NCBI GenBank assembly: GCA_934435205.1 | Contig: CAKSAK010000005.1 | Location: forward strand, 23,906 to 55,905 | From: an uncultured Ruminococcus sp. | GTDB taxonomy: Bacteria > Bacillota > Clostridia > Oscillospirales > Ruminococcaceae | Direction: 5' to 3' | Length of the DNA: 32,000 bases | Shown here: positions 16,656 through 24,343 of the stretch, piece by piece | Position numbering within the stretch: position 1 is the stretch's first letter | Layout of the letters: every line of letters starts with the position of its first letter | Program-made: the position numbers and the translations under genes | The notes under the pieces: model-generated | What the model saw: the letters and a program-made list of their open reading frames with translations, nothing else | What the model was told of the DNA's origin: nothing | Databases searched by the model: none

Positions 16656-18359
16656 TTAGTATAACGATTGTGCAGGTATTTCTTCAAATGTTCCTATTTT
16701 GTCAAACAGTTCCTTTGTTACATAGATGGTTATATATTGGTCATTTGTTTTAAACTTATAAGGTTTATAAACCTCTACTCGCTTTACGGCAACATAATCA
16801 TCGACATCAATATTAGGGTATATCTTTGTTATTTCACAACGATCAATAACAACATCAGGAGCTCCCTGTTCACGCCACTTATCAAAAATCGTTTTAGTTT
16901 CTTCTTCAGTTGATGATTGATAGTACATAAATGTTTTATTATGGTTATCAATATTGTAGTTGTAAAAAATATTGTCATCAAAATACGGAAGAATAGCTGT
17001 AGCCAATGCCTGAAGTTTTGGATAATCATGCCATTGATAGTCAGATTCATCAACCTTTGAGTCAGTTTTTTTTGAAGTATCATTACTTACAGCGATGTGT
17101 CCCCATGACGATAAAATTTTATAATCATAAAGCCTATATTCTTTGATAAACTCTGCAGCTTCTTTATACCAATAATCAAAGCGGACATCGATATATGAAG
17201 AATATGCACTCCATGCAATAGGCACTACCATAGGCAAAAAAGCTATAGCTACTACTACTTTTTTCAAACCTCCTCTAAGGGAAGAAACCGCCTTATTTAT
17301 GTACTCTGGCAACTCAATTTTGCCGTTATCGGCGAGTATACCCCAAAACACAAATATCAAAAATACACCAACCATCCCCGAATGATAAGGCGAAGAATAA
17401 ATTAATGCCGAAAACAATCCAAAAAACGAATATGGTATTATAAAAGTAAGAAGCTTTTTATTTTTATGCAGAATACTTACTGCAATAATGAACACCAAAA
17501 TTGCGGTGATAAACTGAGGTATAATACTTGCCACATCATATGAATCCAGTTTACTGTCTGGCATTTGTATCAGAAAAGCTTCAGAGAGATACATTATATA
17601 CCACATTACTTGAACGTAACTGAACGAGAATGCAAACAATTCTTTTGTTGTTTCATGACCTGCGGTATATGTATTTTCATTTGGAAAAATCTCTATAATT
17701 ATTGCTATTGCCAGAACAAGCAGACCAAGCATCATCCAACAGTGTTTGTCAGAAAATATTTTTAAAAATGTTTTTTCTTTAACATACTTGCTTATTATTT
17801 CTGAAAGCCACACCACACACAATCCACCTGCAAATATTATACCAAACGAGTGAATCATACACATAAATGCCAATGAAAATACATACCTTAGTGGCTTTTC
17901 ATTTCGGGAGGAATAAAATACTGCTGCGAGAAAAAATGACAATGTTAAGATAGAATAGGGTCTGCTAATAACACCGTACTGATAAAACAGGAAGAAGTTA
18001 AATGGCAGCAGACAACGTATCAGCTTTGGAAAAGGCGACTTAAAGAGCAACACTGCTACTGCAAGAGTCATGAAAAAGATATTTACTATGGCAAGGGACA
18101 GCTCATATGGTGCGCCAAGCTTTGCGAAAGGCACCAATATCAAATGCCACAGCGGCGGGTGACCCTCATAGTGTGGTATCTCAAAAAGTATCTCCTTTAT
18201 AGTTCCCGAACGTGCTATCGCCCACGACTGAGCTTCATCAAACCACGGCTCGTGAAAAAACGATATAGTGCAAACGCCAAGCAGGTATATTATCAGCGTT
18301 ATAACATCGCATTTTCCATGCTCTTTACTGAACGCCCAGCTTTTAAATTTCTCTTTCAT
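16656..18359 (-). CDS. Polytopic membrane glycosyltransferase, GT-C fold (PMT_2/ArnT-like), with C-terminal soluble domain
   Basis: 567 aa, about 11-13 TM segments. First-loop motif FHEPWFDEAQSW resembles the DE-x-x-(Y/W) acidic loop of GT39/GT83 enzymes. GGAGG lies 6 nt before the ATG. The gene is AT-rich: spot counts give 25-32% GC per 60-nt line here versus 50% on one 60-nt metG line. Confidence 0.65.
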   Translation of the reverse strand: MKEKFKSWAFSKEHGKCDVITLIIYLLGVCTISFFHEPWFDEAQSWAIARSGTIKEILFEIPHYEGHPPLWHLILVPFAKLGAPYELSLAIVNIFFMTLAVAVLLFKSPFPKLIRCLLPFNFFLFYQYGVISRPYSILTLSFFLAAVFYSSRNEKPLRYVFSLAFMCMIHSFGIIFAGGLCVVWLSEIISKYVKEKTFLKIFSDKHCWMMLGLLVLAIAIIIEIFPNENTYTAGHETTKELFAFSFSYVQVMWYIMYLSEAFLIQMPDSKLDSYDVASIIPQFITAILVFIIAVSILHKNKKLLTFIIPYSFFGLFSALIYSSPYHSGMVGVFLIFVFWGILADNGKIELPEYINKAVSSLRGGLKKVVVAIAFLPMVVPIAWSAYSSYIDVRFDYWYKEAAEFIKEYRLYDYKILSSWGHIAVSNDTSKKTDSKVDESDYQWHDYPKLQALATAILPYFDDNIFYNYNIDNHNKTFMYYQSSTEEETKTIFDKWREQGAPDVVIDRCEITKIYPNIDVDDYVAVKRVEVYKPYKFKTNDQYITIYVTKELFDKIGTFEEIPAQSLY

Positions 18360-18391
18360 TAATATCCTCCAAAAAAATAATTGACATATAA

Positions 18392-18420
18392 ATTATACCA
18401 TTTATTAAGAAATTAGTCAA
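18392..18420 (-). promoter_or_regulatory. Sigma-A type promoter for the GT-C gene
   Basis: Minus strand: TTGACT (18420-18415), 17-nt spacer, TATAAT (18397-18392). Confidence 0.55.
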
Positions 18421-18449
18421 TGTTTTTGTAAAACTTTTTGCGACAAATA

Positions 18450-18478
18450 TTGACAAAGAAACAAATGTGTGATAAAAT
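18450..18478 (+). promoter_or_regulatory. Sigma-A type promoter for the small-peptide (toxin-like) mRNA
   Basis: TTGACA (18450-18455), 17-nt spacer, TAAAAT (18473-18478). The predicted start is about 18485, immediately before GGCATACTGC. Confidence 0.55.
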
Positions 18479-18557
18479 TACTTTATGGCATACTGCAAAA
18501 CGGTAGGCGGTTTAAATCATCCTCCAAAAGCCTCATGGCTAAGGAGGTGAGCGACAC

Positions 18558-18644
18558 ATGAGCGTTATGGAAGTCTTAACTTTGCTTCTACTTATAACAA
18601 ACATAATTGGGATTGTGCTCAATGTCTGCAATAAAAAGAAATAA
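18558..18644 (+). CDS. 28-aa hydrophobic peptide MSVMEVLTLLLLITNIIGIVLNVCNKKK (type I toxin / holin-like-toxin candidate)
   Basis: Below the ORF-track size cut-off. Strong SD AAGGAGGTGA 7 nt before the ATG. One TM helix followed by a KKK tail. From memory it resembles the short Firmicute peptides annotated as putative holin-like toxin (Pfam Hol_Tox). This was not computed. Confidence 0.55.
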   Translation: MSVMEVLTLLLLITNIIGIVLNVCNKKK

Positions 18645-18730
18645 CCGCCCAACTACCACATAGGACGGTTATTATAAATAATAGTCAACCATGGAGGTAA
18701 ACCGCTTACAGCAGTATGCCTCTTTTTGTT
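18633..18730 (-). ncRNA. Putative convergent antisense RNA (antitoxin candidate) overlapping the 3' end of the peptide mRNA
   Basis: Bounded by a minus-strand promoter (18765-18737) and a minus-strand terminator ATAACCG-N18-CGGTTAT + TTCTTTTT (18672-18633). It contains TTACCTCCAT, which is complementary to 8 of the 10 nt of the peptide SD region AAGGAGGTGA. It could alternatively be the pilin-2 3' UTR. Confidence 0.4.
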
Positions 18731-18736
18731 ATCTTT

Positions 18737-18765
18737 ATCATACCACAATCGTGGCAAATTGTCAA
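18737..18765 (-). promoter_or_regulatory. Sigma-A type promoter for the antisense RNA
   Basis: Minus strand: TTGACA (18765-18760), 17-nt spacer, TATGAT (18742-18737). Starts 6 nt after the pilin-2 stop codon. Confidence 0.5.
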
Positions 18766-18770
18766 GTGTG

Positions 18771-19238
18771 CTAGAACTTCACGCCCCAACTGAAATTCTC
18801 AGGGAGATCGTCAAGTTTGTTCGCAGGGTCAGGATACTGCCCTACTATGCTTTTAGACGTGGGTGTTCTTGAATCACACCACTGTGCAAGCTTGTATCTG
18901 CCGTCCTCCCCTGCTATCCAAAAGGCATAGCCTGCATTATCGCCATTGACGTTAAGTGCGTCATGGACGGCTTTTTCAAGCTTTTTGGATTCGTCAGGTT
19001 CAGCGGAGCAATCGATCACAGCCGTGCATGACTGAACGTCGATATCTTTGCCCTCACACTGCATATCTGTCACGACCGCATTTACAGTATTGAACACTAT
19101 CTTTGCATTGCTGTTTGCGCTTTTATGCTTCGCTTTTCTGATATAACTCATCATAGTTGGCACAAGAATAGCCGCAAGTACGCCTATTATGGCAATAACC
19201 ACCACAAGCTCCACCAAAGTAAAGCCTTTTTTATTCAT
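18771..19238 (-). CDS. Type IV pilin-like protein (prepilin N-terminal cleavage/methylation domain), paralog 2
   Basis: MNKKGFTLVELVVVIAIIGVLAAILVP is a class III signal peptide (G/FTLVE). It shares the AQW...GQYPDP C-terminal motifs with paralog 1. Confidence 0.88.
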   Translation of the reverse strand: MNKKGFTLVELVVVIAIIGVLAAILVPTMMSYIRKAKHKSANSNAKIVFNTVNAVVTDMQCEGKDIDVQSCTAVIDCSAEPDESKKLEKAVHDALNVNGDNAGYAFWIAGEDGRYKLAQWCDSRTPTSKSIVGQYPDPANKLDDLPENFSWGVKF

Positions 19239-19297
19239 GTCTTTCCCTCAATTCTTTCATCAAAATATTGATCCCCATTTAATATTTCGACAAGTAT

Positions 19298-19326
19298 ATT
19301 ATACAAAATTTACCCGATTTTGTCAA
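19298..19326 (-). promoter_or_regulatory. Sigma-A type promoter for pilin paralog 2
   Basis: Minus strand: TTGACA (19326-19321), 17-nt spacer, TATAAT (19303-19298). Confidence 0.55.
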
Positions 19327-19408
19327 GGAAAAGGCAAGCTTTATTACTCAATTTTACCATTTGTACAAAGACAAGCTATTCTTATTGGCTATTTTATATA
19401 TTTTCAGA

Positions 19409-19440
19409 CAAAAAAAGAACCGCTCATTTGAGCGGTTCTT
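19409..19440 (-). terminator. Rho-independent terminator after pilin paralog 1
   Basis: Minus strand: AGAACCGCTC-AAAT-GAGCGGTTCT followed by TTTTTTTG. Confidence 0.8.
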
Positions 19441-19458
19441 GAAGATTCAAAGTTAAAA

Positions 19459-19971
19459 TTACCAGTTAGTAATCTTTGAGCCGAATGCCTTGTTAGCCTT
19501 ATCTGCGTCCTTGCAAGGATCAGGATACTGACCAAGAACACCCTTAGTTGGATCTGTAACATCAGACCACTGAGCGTACTCAACGTTACCAGAAGTACCG
19601 ATAGAATATACGCAATAGCCAGCACCATCGCCATTGTCCTTAAGTGCCTCATATACAGCGTTGCCAAGCTTTACCTTCGTTGTTCTAGTATCGTTACCAG
19701 AAGCAGGAGCAGCTGATGCCAATGTCTTGATCTCAACACGTGCTGTCTGACCATCGCCAGAACCAACTGTTTCACCATTTACGAGCATATCAGCAGCTTC
19801 GTTGTTTACAGTTGTGAAAACGAGCTTAGCGTTTGAGTTAGCTGTCTTGAGCTTTGACTTCTTTACATAGTTCATCATTGTAGGAACGAGGATAGCTGCA
19901 AGAATACCGATGATAGCGATAACAACTACGAGCTCTACAAGGGTGAAACCTTTTCTGTTAGATTTCTTCAT
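19459..19971 (-). CDS. Type IV pilin-like protein (probable major pilin), paralog 1
   Basis: MKKSNRKGFTLVELVVVIAIIGILAAILVP. I prefer ATG 19971 (GGAGG 8 nt upstream) over the track start 19986, which lies inside the SD. It has a consensus promoter and a strong terminator. Confidence 0.9.
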   Translation of the reverse strand: MKKSNRKGFTLVELVVVIAIIGILAAILVPTMMNYVKKSKLKTANSNAKLVFTTVNNEAADMLVNGETVGSGDGQTARVEIKTLASAAPASGNDTRTTKVKLGNAVYEALKDNGDGAGYCVYSIGTSGNVEYAQWSDVTDPTKGVLGQYPDPCKDADKANKAFGSKITNW

Positions 19972-20099
19972 AGAAAATCCCTCCATAATAAATTAAATAA
20001 ATTTGTTTATAAAAGTGCCGCAAGCCGATTTAAGCGACTACTTTCCAATAATTAAGTGGCTTTCGGAGTTCTTTGTGTTCTCCTTATCACCATGATTAA

Positions 20100-20128
20100 A
20101 GTATACATCATCTTGTCCAAAATGTCAA
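20100..20128 (-). promoter_or_regulatory. Sigma-A type promoter for pilin paralog 1, giving a 5' UTR of about 120 nt
   Basis: Minus strand: TTGACA (20128-20123), 17-nt spacer, TATACT (20105-20100). The UTR can form a CCGAAAGCC...GGCTTGCGG stem. Confidence 0.55.
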
Positions 20129-20400
20129 TAGTTTTTCCGATTTTTTCTCAACTTTGTTCAATTTGACGAAAAACTAATTTTCAATCAGGCATTTTGACGA
20201 TTGATAACACTATGTTGACATTTTCACAAGAAATTATGTCACACACCGTTTTATGATGTATCGCCTTACATCGTTCTTAATTATATCTTAAAACAAATAA
20301 ATTGTCAAGACTTATTTAACACTTTCGTTATTTTTGTGAACTCTGTACATTTCTCATTCATTTTTGAATACAATTTGCACTATTTGTTTCGCATATTTAA

Positions 20401-21669
20401 CTATTTGTATAATTCCTTCATCTTATTATACAGATTTTCAGAAGCGTTTTCTATCTCCGCCCTGCCATAATAGAGCGACTCGGAGGTGCTTATAAAAAGG
20501 TCAAGTACCCCCTGATCTTCAAGCTTCGGGGACATTATTTCAAGCTCCTCTGAGTTTGCCATTTTCTCGTTGGCTTTATACTCTATCCCGTCAAGCATAT
20601 CCCTTGCTTCAAGGGCTTCCAATGCCGCCTTTGATGCAGGCACGCCCTTTCCTATGCCCTGCAGGAGAGCCATTTCCTCACCGTTCACAAGATAGTCAAG
20701 AAGCTTTGCGGCTTCCTCAGGGGACTTGGTATTTTTCTTTATAGCATAAACGCTGGTGGGCTTTTTATACCAACCGCTGCTCACGGCCTGCTTATGCTTT
20801 GGATAGTCGCCTATAACGATGTCAAAGCCAAGCTTCTGAGCAGGCTCGCAGTAATACTCTGCGTCTGATATCCAGGAAGCCACTCCTGCCGTCAGGCACT
20901 TTTCGAGATCGTTCCTATCGAAATCCCACGCAGGCTTTGTGACCTTTTTATTCAGCATTTCCTGATAAAAGGCGAGCATGAGCCTTACGTCCTCCGTGGT
21001 ATACTGAAACTCACCGCTGTCGGAGAACATTTTTCTTCCCGTTGCCTGCTCCACATAAGCCACAGAGCTGAGATAAGCCGCCTTTTTCGTCATTTCAACA
21101 GGATAGACCTCGTCTGACTTCATGACCTCTGCCGCATTTATAAGGTCAGACCAATTTTCAGGCAGGCTCAGACCATAGCTGTCATACATCGTCTTATTAT
21201 AGTAGAAGGTTATACAATTCGTACCGGTAGGCAAGGCGTTAAGCTTGCCGTTTATAGTGCCGTATGAAAGGCTGTCATCATCAAATGCTGAAAGATTTAT
21301 GTATTCTGACAGCTCATTAAGGTCATAAAAGCCCTCGCCGTCGGGAGAATATTCATAGAGCCAACTGTAGTTTAGCTGCATGATATCTGCGGTGGTGTCA
21401 GAGAAAAATTCCACGTCCATTCGTGTTTTGAAGCCGTCAAAGTCTGCATACTCAGGTCTTACCACAACGTTCTTATTGCTGTTCTGATAGGCTTTAAGTC
21501 CGTCGAGAGTATACTCGTTACGCACGTCCTTGCCCCACCACGAGAAGGACACCTCGGTCTTTACAGTATGCTCCATTCTTCTTTCAGACAATGCACAGCC
21601 CGTCATGACCGTCGCTGTGCAGATCGCTGAAGCGGTCAAAGCCGCACACTTCACAATGCGTGTTTTCAA
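20401..21669 (-). CDS. ABC-type extracellular solute-binding lipoprotein (carbohydrate SBP family-like)
   Basis: 422 aa. Signal peptide with lipobox (TATVMTG/C). TTG start with GAGGTG 8 nt upstream. SBP_bac_1/8-like length and composition. No permease or ATPase genes lie adjacent. Confidence 0.8.
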   Translation of the reverse strand: MKTRIVKCAALTASAICTATVMTGCALSERRMEHTVKTEVSFSWWGKDVRNEYTLDGLKAYQNSNKNVVVRPEYADFDGFKTRMDVEFFSDTTADIMQLNYSWLYEYSPDGEGFYDLNELSEYINLSAFDDDSLSYGTINGKLNALPTGTNCITFYYNKTMYDSYGLSLPENWSDLINAAEVMKSDEVYPVEMTKKAAYLSSVAYVEQATGRKMFSDSGEFQYTTEDVRLMLAFYQEMLNKKVTKPAWDFDRNDLEKCLTAGVASWISDAEYYCEPAQKLGFDIVIGDYPKHKQAVSSGWYKKPTSVYAIKKNTKSPEEAAKLLDYLVNGEEMALLQGIGKGVPASKAALEALEARDMLDGIEYKANEKMANSEELEIMSPKLEDQGVLDLFISTSESLYYGRAEIENASENLYNKMKELYK

Positions 21670-23168
21670 CTGCGGCTCACCTCTTCCTCTTTTTTATCAT
21701 ATATCACCGCTCTTGCGTCCTCGCTGTGTTCTGCTTCTTCGCAGGCTTTTTCTGCCATTTCGTAAAGTTCATCATAATCGTCGCTTGTTTCAGGGTAGAC
21801 CGACGCACCCACTGCACATTTTATGTAGCCCCTGTCATCGTCAAGGCAACACTCCTTCAGCTTATCGTTAAGCTCTTTAACATAAGCCCTCACATTACCA
21901 TAGGCTTTTACAAGGTCAAAGTTCGTGTGGTCTGCAAACAGAGCAAACTCGCCCTCCCTGAAAATTCCGCAGATATCGCCCTCCCTGCGGTTCTCCACCA
22001 GTATTTCGGCGACCTTTCGCTCAGCTTCCGCCACTGTCTCCTCGCCATAGTTTAGCCTTATAAGCTCCAGATTTGTTATTTTCACGATAATAAATGCGAT
22101 AGTCGAGCCTGAGATACAAGTTTCCATTTTATCCATAATGCTGTTTTCGGTATATTCCGCAGTGAAAAGCCCTGTATTTTCGTCCACCTTTGGATATTTT
22201 CCAAACTTTGGTCCGTTCTGCGGGTCGTTATCCGCCGCCGCTGCCGCAGATATCATAATAAATATAACTGCGCAGCAAATAAAGATACCAAGGCATTTAA
22301 GCCCTGTTCTCACATAGTGACGCAAAGTGTCTGACATATCCACGGTAGTAATGACCACCCAATCGTCACTGCAATCATCAATAGCACAGATAGTAGTCAT
22401 ATCAGAAACGGTGACGCCAGTGCCTCCATCAAGAAATTTAGAAAGCTTTTCATCGAGCTTTTCGCCGACAACACTTTTTCCGTCGTTAGCATAGATTATC
22501 CTGCCTTCGTCATCACACAGCATGGTATTTATCTCGCTGTAATTGTCAGAGGGCAGAAAAACAAGATCAAACTCCGTTGAAAACACAGAGGAGATAAAAA
22601 TAAGATCGTCATTTATCCTGCCTGCGAAATACACACGTCTGTAGTTATCGTCCTGTCCCGTGAACCATTTTATCTTGCTGTCACCCATAAGGTCGGAAAC
22701 TCTCTTGTATATCTCATCGTCAAAGATATCCTTTGTACCGTCGGTTATCTTTCCTACATTATGTTCATTACTGCTTACAATGCCAAAATCTGTATAGTTA
22801 CCCAATGTACTAAGCTCAATAAGCCTATCAGTGAGAACATTTTCTTCATTAAGCACAGCAAATTCGCTCTTTGACGTATCAGTAGGATCATATTTCGCAT
22901 AGTCCTCATTGCCCATTATAAGCTTGGCAGTGTCCTCCATTTTCTTCATAAAGGCAGCCACATTCTGGTCTGCTTCCGCATTTATGGCAGAGCAAAGCTG
23001 AGCCTCTTTCTGAAATGCGTTCACACCGCTGTAATAGCAGGCACACGCATACACAAGCAGACAAGCAACGAACAGCACTAACACGCTTGTTTTCAAAATA
23101 GATCTTCTATACTTTTTTATTTTATCATACAGTTCAAAATCAGCAGAATTTTTCAAAAGCGGTATCAC
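21666..23168 (-). CDS. Membrane receptor: TM - extracytoplasmic Cache-like domain - TM - degenerate GGDEF domain
   Basis: 500 aa. TM1 is at about res 27-47 and TM2 (CLGIFICCAVIFIMISAAAA) at about res 293-312. The C-terminal domain aligns to GGDEF, but DENTGLFTAEY replaces DxLTGLxNR and FREGEF replaces GGDEF/GGEEF. Its stop overlaps the SBP start (TTGA). Confidence 0.7.
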   Translation of the reverse strand: MIPLLKNSADFELYDKIKKYRRSILKTSVLVLFVACLLVYACACYYSGVNAFQKEAQLCSAINAEADQNVAAFMKKMEDTAKLIMGNEDYAKYDPTDTSKSEFAVLNEENVLTDRLIELSTLGNYTDFGIVSSNEHNVGKITDGTKDIFDDEIYKRVSDLMGDSKIKWFTGQDDNYRRVYFAGRINDDLIFISSVFSTEFDLVFLPSDNYSEINTMLCDDEGRIIYANDGKSVVGEKLDEKLSKFLDGGTGVTVSDMTTICAIDDCSDDWVVITTVDMSDTLRHYVRTGLKCLGIFICCAVIFIMISAAAAADNDPQNGPKFGKYPKVDENTGLFTAEYTENSIMDKMETCISGSTIAFIIVKITNLELIRLNYGEETVAEAERKVAEILVENRREGDICGIFREGEFALFADHTNFDLVKAYGNVRAYVKELNDKLKECCLDDDRGYIKCAVGASVYPETSDDYDELYEMAEKACEEAEHSEDARAVIYDKKEEEVSRS

Positions 23169-23242
23169 CTCTCAGGCTAAATTATTACAATCATTATTAA
23201 TTATAACACATATGCCCATAAAATAAGTGATTTTTTTGTTAA

Positions 23243-23542
23243 TTATCGCTCAATTTGTAATGTACGGTTTATATTTTCTCTGACACGGCACTGTCTTACC
23301 TTCTTCGCATGGCGTTTTTTCTTGGTCTCCGCTTCAAAAAGCGACAGTGCCGCCCATGCCGCCGTCAGCACGATGCCTGCGGCAAACACTGCACCCATGT
23401 TTCTCTCCGCTACCGCAACAAGCAGGAAAAACAGCACCATTCTCATTATAGTTTTCATAAGCCACCTGTCACCGCCTGCACCTGCCGCAACGATAAAAAC
23501 ATTCATCATGATTATCCATATCATTTTTACACACATCCTCAT
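23243..23542 (-). CDS. Small hydrophobic protein (2-3 TM), unknown function; start uncertain
   Basis: 99-aa ORF with hydrophobic segments and a basic C-terminus. Same strand as the receptor gene and 74 nt upstream of it. Weak SD. No family recognised. Confidence 0.35.
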   Translation of the reverse strand: MRMCVKMIWIIMMNVFIVAAGAGGDRWLMKTIMRMVLFFLLVAVAERNMGAVFAAGIVLTAAWAALSLFEAETKKKRHAKKVRQCRVRENINRTLQIER

Positions 23543-23670
23543 ATTTTTCTATTTCGGGGCTGTATGTATGATAACACAACTTCATGAATTTGAGGGGTAA
23601 TTTTTTGGACAGCAAGATTTTTGTCGATATGCACAGATAAGAACGTTTGTTTTGATAAAAATTCTACAAA

Positions 23671-23706
23671 TCCAAAAGACCCCGTGGCAAAAGCCGCAGG
23701 GTCTTT
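23671..23706 (-). terminator. Orphan rho-independent terminator inside the 0.8-kb spacer
   Basis: Minus strand: GACCCTGCGGC-TTTT-GCCACGGGGTC (one mismatch, one G-U) followed by TTTTGGATTTG. No annotated gene ends here. Confidence 0.55.
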
Positions 23707-23855
23707 CAGAGAAGTAAGAAGTATAATATGAAGAAAAAATTATGAATGGGGAATGCTTAAGTTATGTATTTTCCTATGCCATTTCACTTTTGCCGCACTC
23801 TGAAAATTCAGAGTACAGCGTTATGAAATGAAAAGAAGAATGAAGGAAAATTATT

Positions 23856-24029
23856 GGGCAATGCCACGCAAGGATTGTGCGTAAGATGCGTAGTCAGATT
23901 TTTCGTCAGATCATCTAAAAGTGACGCAGGCTGGCTGACGCCAGTCAAGGAGCTTTTGGGTGATATGGCGGAAAATCTGCAAGCAGATTGCGTGCAAAGC
24001 CGACAGGCGTTCCTTGTGCGGCATTGCCC
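23856..24029. repeat. 174-bp element bounded by 18-nt inverted repeats (structured RNA or MITE-like element)
   Basis: GGGCAATGCCACGCAAGG (23856-23873) versus CCTTGTGCGGCATTGCCC (24012-24029): 10 + 5 bp around a 3-nt internal mismatch. Internal hairpins include AATCTGC-AAG-CAGATT and GGCTGGC-TGAC-GCCAGTC. Confidence 0.6.
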
Positions 24030-24261
24030 ATGTATGAAAACTCATTATAAGTAATTGGTTGGCGGAACTTTCAGCAAGCTCTCAAAGCTTTTGCCTGAGG
24101 TCTTTCTCGGTGTTCCTCTGACCTTGTATATATAATACCTGTTTAATATGATAGTTTTATGAAAAGACCCTGAAAATAAGCTGATAAGAAAAGCAAAGTG
24201 GTTTTCATAAAAATACAGTACACAAAGCCTGCTCACATCAGCATACACCATGCCACCACCT

Positions 24262-24284
24262 GTAGGGGCGAACAGTGTTCGCCC
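24262..24284 (+). repeat. REP-like hairpin in opposite orientation: GTAG-GGGCGAAC-AGT-GTTCGCCC
   Basis: Reverse complement of the 5732/11997/27101 type. Followed by GTTTTT on the plus strand. The flank CCACCACCT-GTAG mirrors the flank of the 5732 copy. Confidence 0.8.
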
Positions 24285-24300
24285 GTTTTTAACTTTCGCA

Positions 24301-24338
24301 CACAAAACGAGGGCAGACCATTGTCCACCCTCGTTTTT
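24301..24338 (-). terminator. Terminator after the AraC::GGDEF gene (bidirectional shape)
   Basis: AACGAGGG-N14-CCCTCGTT. The minus-strand reading is followed by TTTTGTGTG and the plus-strand reading by TTTGC. Confidence 0.7.
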
Positions 24339-24343
24339 GCTCT

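Noticed and set aside
14568-18359. Intact prophage or ICE integrated at tRNA-Arg
   Set aside because: No integrase, recombinase, replication or structural genes are present, and I found no direct repeat of the tRNA 3' end. At most it is a remnant.
19972-20093. c-di-GMP riboswitch in the pilin 5' UTR (as upstream of C. difficile pilA1)
   Set aside because: I could not find the conserved GEMM-I (GCAAA ... ACGCAAAGC) or c-di-GMP-II signatures as I remember them, only a generic stem. A cmscan would be decisive.
23856-24029. GEMM-I riboswitch or 6S RNA in the element bounded by inverted repeats
   Set aside because: GTGCAAAGCC on the plus strand only partly resembles ACGCAAAGCC. There is no GNRA tetraloop/receptor layout and no downstream plus-strand gene. 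The arms inside the closing helix are direct repeats rather than complementary, so a 6S-type extended hairpin does not form.
24045-24305. 86-aa minus-strand ORF, and the 64-aa ORF at 27083-27277, both containing GRTLFAPT
   Set aside because: The shared peptide is simply the translation of the GGGCGAAC...GTTCGCCCCTAC repeat. It is a repeat artefact, not a protein family.
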